Below, one piece after another: positions 58,984-64,000 of a stretch of DNA of 64,000 nt (its first letter is position 1; each line of letters begins with the position of its first letter). The notes under the pieces are model-generated. The model was not told where the DNA came from, made no database searches, and saw nothing but the letters and a program-made list of their open reading frames with translations. The translations under genes were made by a program, and so were the position numbers. Source of the stretch: Burkholderiales bacterium (GTDB taxonomy: Bacteria > Pseudomonadota > Gammaproteobacteria > Burkholderiales > Gallionellaceae); contig JBBQNH010000004.1 in the NCBI GenBank assembly GCA_038329705.1, positions 2,670 to 66,669 of the forward strand, in the 5' to 3' direction.

Positions 58984-60768
58984 TCAGGCAGCGGTCACGC
59001 GGTTCTTGCCGGATTTCTTGGCTTGGTACATCAATTTGTCGGCACGTCCCACAACATCCTCCTGGTTTTCCTGCATTTCGCGCATGGCTATGCCTGCGCT
59101 GAACGTGACCAGAACACGTTCATTGTTATGCAGGAAGAATCTCTTGGTAAGTTCACGCTGTAGCCGTTCTATCGTTTCCACTGCCTGTTGCAGGCTGGTG
59201 TCGGGTAGCAGGATGATGAATTCCTCGCCGCCGTAACGAGTCACTGAGTCGCTTGGGCGCAGCGTTTGCTGAATGACGTCGATCAGATGTTTCAGCGCCT
59301 GGTCGCCTGCCTGATGGCCGAGGGTATCGTTGAGACGCTTGAAATTATCCACGTCCAGCAAAGCGACGCACAACGACGACTGGCGGCGATCGGCAGAAGA
59401 TGCCTCGCGTTCGAATGCCATATCGAAACCGCGCCGGTTTAGGGCGCCAGTAAGTTGATCTTCATGCACCAATTCACTGATTTGCGCGAGTTCATCCTGC
59501 AACTCTCTGATCTTGCTTTCAGCTTCTTGAACTTGCTGGCGAGTGCCGACCAGCTCCTCATGCGAGCGTAATGCACTGGCCTGAATGATGCGTGTGTCCT
59601 TCATGATATCGTCCAGCAAGAGGCCCAACTCCGCTATGTTGTTGGAATTGCCGATCTTCAGGCTATATCTCTTGATCTTTTGATGGTAATCCCCTGTGCT
59701 TTCGGTGATTTCACCAAGCCGGTCGATAAAAGACACCATCAGATTCTTGAGAGTGCTCTTTGCGTCGGTCAGATTTTGTTTGAGCAGGCCTTGCTTGATG
59801 ATGGTATCGCGCAGGCTTATTTCAGCATCGGCGATAACATTTTTGCTGATCGGATTGGCGATGATCTCCTGCAGGGTGATGATTTGTCCGTGCATCCATT
59901 CTTCGTCTTCGACCATTTCGCTGACGTTCGCTACCAGCAGGCGTAGCAAGCGCACTAAACCTTCATGGATTTTAGCCTTGTCGCCCCCGCGCAACTCGGC
60001 TTTTATCCAGAACTGTCGCAGTTGTTTGGTCAGACTGGTGATGCCCTCATGGGTTTTGATGCTACGCACTTGCTGGGCCAGTGCCTGTACTTCCTGGGTG
60101 AATTCCGGTTGGGCGCTGAGCGTATTTTCAAGCGTTTGTGCCAGTAATTCAGAGATTTGAAAGAGCATGTCAGCGCTGCCGGCTTGCTTCTGGATCGGGC
60201 TGTTTGCGGGTTCGCTCCTGGCCGCCGGATGCTCTGTGGACGGGTTGGATGAAGCTGGGTTGATCTTGATTTTTTCGCCGGCAACAAGGCCTGAATCCGA
60301 CCATGAGCGCATCAGTCCGGTCAATTTCTCGAACATGTTTTCAGGGTTTGCGGAGAAATTCGTCAATACGGTTTCAAGACCTTCCTTCTTGCGCGCAATG
60401 GTGATTCCCTTATGGCTGGTTTCAAGCTGGCGCAACAAATCGCGTATCAATCTTGACCAGGATTGCGGTATCTTCGCACCTTGTTTTTGGGGTAATTTTT
60501 CGACCTCTTTGAGGCACTGTTCCCAATCACCGGTCTCGATCAGCTTAGATAAGCTTACGCCGGCAGGCGTGTATCCCGGAATATGTTCAAGGCGTTCGGC
60601 GATGCTACGCAGCACTCTTTCTGCGCTATTGCCCTCTTTTGCGCTTATGCCGCTTATGCCGGCATAGATCCTGGCGTAGTTGTCCGGGGTGGGCGGGATT
60701 TTGCGGGAGGCCAGCGCTTTTAATGTTTCGCGGGCGATCTCGGAGGGATTGGACAATTTTTCGCTCAT
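58984..60768 (-). CDS. Cytoplasmic diguanylate cyclase with a long helical N-terminus
   Basis: DQLTGALNRR, DVDNFK..ND..GH, RPSD (I-site) five residues before GGEEF; no TM segments. Confidence 0.93.
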   Translation of the reverse strand: MSEKLSNPSEIARETLKALASRKIPPTPDNYARIYAGISGISAKEGNSAERVLRSIAERLEHIPGYTPAGVSLSKLIETGDWEQCLKEVEKLPQKQGAKIPQSWSRLIRDLLRQLETSHKGITIARKKEGLETVLTNFSANPENMFEKLTGLMRSWSDSGLVAGEKIKINPASSNPSTEHPAARSEPANSPIQKQAGSADMLFQISELLAQTLENTLSAQPEFTQEVQALAQQVRSIKTHEGITSLTKQLRQFWIKAELRGGDKAKIHEGLVRLLRLLVANVSEMVEDEEWMHGQIITLQEIIANPISKNVIADAEISLRDTIIKQGLLKQNLTDAKSTLKNLMVSFIDRLGEITESTGDYHQKIKRYSLKIGNSNNIAELGLLLDDIMKDTRIIQASALRSHEELVGTRQQVQEAESKIRELQDELAQISELVHEDQLTGALNRRGFDMAFEREASSADRRQSSLCVALLDVDNFKRLNDTLGHQAGDQALKHLIDVIQQTLRPSDSVTRYGGEEFIILLPDTSLQQAVETIERLQRELTKRFFLHNNERVLVTFSAGIAMREMQENQEDVVGRADKLMYQAKKSGKNRVTAA

Positions 60769-60798
60769 GGCTCGATAAATAATTTTTCCACGAGGGGC

Positions 60799-60857
60799 AT
60801 TATCGTGAAATACAAAACCCTTGATGCACTGATTAGCGGGTAGTTAAGTGCTTATTT
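60799..60857 (-). promoter_or_regulatory. FlhDC-type class II promoter of the GGDEF gene
   Basis: Minus strand AAATAAGC-N11-CGCTAATC then GATAAT 26 nt downstream. Confidence 0.72.
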
Positions 60858-61498
60858 CAATTTTTTGTGTCTACCAGCTGGTTTGCAATAGCGTAATGAA
60901 CAGCCTCGGCATTATTCTTGAAGCGCATTTTTTCCAGCATGCGACCCCGATAAACACTTACTGTCTTGGGGCTGAGAGTCATGATCTCGGATATCTCAGT
61001 CAGGGAATGGCCCGAGGACATCAGGCACAGAGTCTGATATTCACGGTTGGACAAGCTCTGGTGCAGAAGTTCTTGTGAGTCACTGATCAAATTGTTCAGC
61101 AGCTGTTCGGTCAGCGTTTCGCTGATGTATTTTTTTCCGCTGATAACCTGTTGGATCGCGCCGACCAGTTTTTCCGGCGCGCTTTGTTTGTTGATGTAGC
61201 CTGCAGCTCCGGCCTTGAGGGCGCGCATGCCATATTGGTCTTCAGGGAACATGGTAAGCACGATAACCTTGATGCCGGGATGATCTTCCTTGAGCAGCTT
61301 GAGGACATCCATGCCGTGTTTGTCTGGCAAAGACAGATCCAGCAATACCAGGTCAAAATGCTTTCGGCGTGCCATTTTGATCGCTTGCTCGCCGGTATCT
61401 GCCTCCCCACTCACTTTCATGCCACTGCTATTTTCCAGCAGTTTAATCAATCCCTTGCGGATAAGCGCATGATCATCTACTACGAGGATGTTAATCAT
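60857..61498 (-). CDS. Orphan NarL/FixJ/UvrY-family response regulator (REC plus LuxR HTH)
   Basis: VVDDHALIR, LLDLSLPD, LSNREYQ..LSPKTVSVYR. Confidence 0.93.
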   Translation of the reverse strand: MINILVVDDHALIRKGLIKLLENSSGMKVSGEADTGEQAIKMARRKHFDLVLLDLSLPDKHGMDVLKLLKEDHPGIKVIVLTMFPEDQYGMRALKAGAAGYINKQSAPEKLVGAIQQVISGKKYISETLTEQLLNNLISDSQELLHQSLSNREYQTLCLMSSGHSLTEISEIMTLSPKTVSVYRGRMLEKMRFKNNAEAVHYAIANQLVDTKN

Positions 61499-61883
61499 TA
61501 TTTTGATATATTTTAGTGGGGCACATATTGCGCATCCTAGACCAGTACTTGTTATTTAATTTCACTTGTCCGCTGTTTGGCACACTAGTCTCATTAAGTG
61601 CACATCACCAATGCAGGGGAATTTTCGGAAGTCTTCATAAAGCTATTGGCTGGGAGAATATCCATGCCATCGAATGACGGGTCAACCGACTGCTTTGAAA
61701 CAAGCTGCATATTTTGTTACAGCATGCATTATTTGTATTTAATCATAAAATAGCCCTGCTTGCTTTTACAAGCCCCTAATTGGGTATGACCAGGCTGGCT
61801 TGACTTCCTTGAAATTCAGGTGCTGAATGCACTCTTGTAGTTGACTATATTACTCGATTAATCCATACATTAAGGAGGCTGTC

Positions 61884-62240
61884 ATGAATAGACTCATAGG
61901 TTTGTTCCTTGGATTTTCTCTGTTCGCCCTGACAAGTTCAGTTTTTGCAGCGGACGCGGGAGGTTCGATCACGATCACTTCACCAGCAAATGGAGCGGCC
62001 CTGCAGAGCGACAGCGGAAACAAGCTGGACTTCAACGTGCATTTGGGCCCAAATGGCAATCACGTCCATATCTATGTTGATGACCAGAATCCCATCGTCT
62101 TTCGCGATGCCGGCCATTGTCCGTGCAGCATCAATCTGCCGGTGTTGGCGAGCGGAAAGCATACCGTTATCGTGAAAGAGGCGACTGCCAGCCACGCACT
62201 GACCGGCGTAGAGGGGATAGTGGCCTTTTCGGTCAAGTAG
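61884..62240 (+). CDS. Small exported protein with a His/Cys motif (DUF4399/DUF6130-like), possibly metal-binding
   Basis: AAGGAGG RBS, signal peptide (..SVFA|AD), ITITSPANG, GNHVHIYVD, HCPC, GKHTV, ASHAL. Confidence 0.75.
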   Translation: MNRLIGLFLGFSLFALTSSVFAADAGGSITITSPANGAALQSDSGNKLDFNVHLGPNGNHVHIYVDDQNPIVFRDAGHCPCSINLPVLASGKHTVIVKEATASHALTGVEGIVAFSVK

Positions 62241-62270
62241 ACCGTGAATATGATTTGCTAGGCTGACATA

Positions 62271-62678
62271 GTGCAAAATCTGTTCTATGCGCTTATCCAG
62301 GTCATCCACAATATCGGTGCTGTAGCCGTGGTTGGCACTGCCGCATCGGCCCTATGGCTGGCGCATGGCCAAGCCACGACTCGGCACCGGTTAGCAATGC
62401 TCATGGCTTTGGCCTGGGCGGTTCAGATTGTTAGCGGCATGCTGTTTGGCGCCACAACATATTATTTTGACAAGAGTCTGCCGGATATTCACGGCATTGC
62501 TGTAGTTGCGCTGCTGGTCAAAATAGCCTGCGCTGTTGTCGGGGTTGCATTGGCCGTCAGTTATCGGAAGCTCGGTTCAGGATGGGCAAAATCAAAACAA
62601 GATTTTGCCTGGCGGGGTTTGCTGTCGCTGGGAGTCGTCGCGTTGGCCGCCGCTGCCTTCCTGCGCTGGTTCTCCTGA
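62271..62678 (+). CDS. Four-helix membrane protein of unknown function
   Basis: Four hydrophobic segments; QVIHNIGAVAVVG, LPDIHGIA. Confidence 0.75.
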   Translation: MQNLFYALIQVIHNIGAVAVVGTAASALWLAHGQATTRHRLAMLMALAWAVQIVSGMLFGATTYYFDKSLPDIHGIAVVALLVKIACAVVGVALAVSYRKLGSGWAKSKQDFAWRGLLSLGVVALAAAAFLRWFS

Positions 62679-62822
62679 TTCTTTCACATGTCGGGTATGC
62701 TTAATTGCTGATGAAAGCAGGTATAATCGCGGCCACCAAAAACCCCCTTTTTTATCAAAACGCAGTACTCGTGCAGCTGAAAATGGACGGGTAGTCTGAA
62801 CTAAATCAATGAGGAGAACTTC

Positions 62823-64000
62823 ATGCGTATAGGCATTCCTGCGGAAACGCTAGCAGGCGAGAAGCGTGTTTCGACGGTACCCGAAGTCGTGGAGAAGCTC
62901 ATCAAGCTGGGCTTCCAGGTAGCGGTTGAATCCGGTGCCGGGGACGGCTCCAATTGCAGTGATGATGCTTATCGGGCCGCAGGCGCCGAGATCATCGTTG
63001 GCACTGCCAAGCTGTGGGCAGAATCCGATATCGTTTTCAAGGTTGGTGTGCCGACGATGGAAGAAGTCAGTCTGCTGCGCGAAGGCGGACACTTGATCGG
63101 TTTTATCTGGCCGGCACAAAACCCGGAATTGATGCAGCAACTCGTCGCCAAGAAGGCGACCGTGCTCGCCATTGACTGTCTGCCGCGTGTGTTGAGCCGC
63201 GCCCAGAAGATGGATGCCCTGACTTCGCAAGCTGGCGTCGCGGGCTACCGTGCCGTCATCGAGGCCGCCAACGCGTTTGGTCGATTCTTTAACGGCCAGA
63301 TCACGGCTGCAGGCAAAGTTCCTCCGGCCAAGGTATTCATCGCCGGTGCTGGTGTGGCCGGACTGGCGGCGATAGGCACAGCTGCAGGTTTGGGTGCCAT
63401 CGTGCGCGCCAACGACACCCGTGCCGAAGTTGCCGACCAGGTCAAATCACTGGGTGGTGAATTCGTCAAAGTCGAATATGAGGAAGAGGGCGGTGGCGGC
63501 GGTGGCTATGCCAAGGTGATGAGCGAGGGCTTCCAGCAGGCACAGCGGGAGATGTACGCCAAACAGGCCAAGGAAGTGGACATTATCATCACGACCGCAT
63601 TGATCCCGGGCAAGCCCGCGCCAAGGCTGATCACAGCCGAGATGGTGCAGAGCATGAAACCCGGCAGTGTCATCGTTGATATGGCTGCCGAACGAGGTGG
63701 CAATTGCGAGCTGACCGAGCCTGGTCAGGCGGTGGTGAAACACGGCGTAACCATCGTCGGTTACACCGATCTGAATAGTCGCATGGCCAAGCAGTCTTCG
63801 ACCCTGTATGGAACGAATCTATTCCGTTTGACCGAAGAGTTGTGCAAGACCAAGGATGGCATCATCAACGTCAATATGGAAGATGATGCGATACGCGGTC
63901 TGACAGTGATCAAGGATGGCGTAATCACCTGGCCTGCGCCTGCGCTGAAACTGGCAGCCGCTGCGACTAAACCGGCTGCGGCCAAACCGGTTGCAGCTCC
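62823..64000 (+). CDS. pntA: NAD(P) transhydrogenase subunit alpha (runs off window end)
   Basis: Manual translation from ATG 62823 after GAGGAG: MRIGIPAETLAGEKRV..RAQKMDAL..GYRAVIEAA..GAGVAGL..IITTALIPG. Confidence 0.96.
   Translation, partial: MRIGIPAETLAGEKRVSTVPEVVEKLIKLGFQVAVESGAGDGSNCSDDAYRAAGAEIIVGTAKLWAESDIVFKVGVPTMEEVSLLREGGHLIGFIWPAQNPELMQQLVAKKATVLAIDCLPRVLSRAQKMDALTSQAGVAGYRAVIEAANAFGRFFNGQITAAGKVPPAKVFIAGAGVAGLAAIGTAAGLGAIVRANDTRAEVADQVKSLGGEFVKVEYEEEGGGGGGYAKVMSEGFQQAQREMYAKQAKEVDIIITTALIPGKPAPRLITAEMVQSMKPGSVIVDMAAERGGNCELTEPGQAVVKHGVTIVGYTDLNSRMAKQSSTLYGTNLFRLTEELCKTKDGIINVNMEDDAIRGLTVIKDGVITWPAPALKLAAAATKPAAAKPVAA

Noticed and set aside
57269-58984. Flagellin phase variation or glycosylation island
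   Set aside because: Single flagellin, no invertase or inverted recombination sites, and no glycosyltransferase genes in the window.

Overview
Core-chromosome window of a Betaproteobacterium, probably Nitrosomonadales/Gallionellaceae-like (inferred from gene content and order, not verified). It carries a near-complete ~54 kb flagellar and chemotaxis supercluster: flhDC-motAB, MCP(s)-cheV-cheV-cheY-cheZ-cheA-cheR-cheB, flhBAFG-fliA-motCD, flgNMA, flgB-L, fliR-F, fliE, ycgR, FlhB-C-like, FliK-like, fliTSD-flaG-fliC, a GGDEF gene and an orphan NarL-type regulator. It is flanked by miaA-mutL on the left and pntA on the right. The regulatory logic can be read from the DNA. Five promoters share an FlhDC-type inverted box followed exactly 26 nt later by a -10 hexamer, and six sigma28 (FliA) promoters share identical spacing. 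The best candidate for an undescribed system is a two-gene unit outside the recognised flagellar operons that nevertheless carries this class II promoter. It encodes a ~990-aa membrane-tail-anchored coiled-coil protein (with a 402-bp internal tandem duplication) and an orphan ParA/MinD ATPase, next to a membrane-anchored FAM173-like methyltransferase. Other oddities include sigma28 promoters upstream of the master regulator flhDC (feedback and a possible sRNA), a heme-c chemoreceptor plus a truncated paralog, a receiver-less CheB, a Walker-A-degenerate FlhG, a muramidase-less FlgJ, an extra domain in FlgE, and an apparently FlhDC-controlled diguanylate cyclase. No rRNA, tRNA, CRISPR or mobile element was seen. 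All family assignments come from motif recognition by eye; no database search was run.
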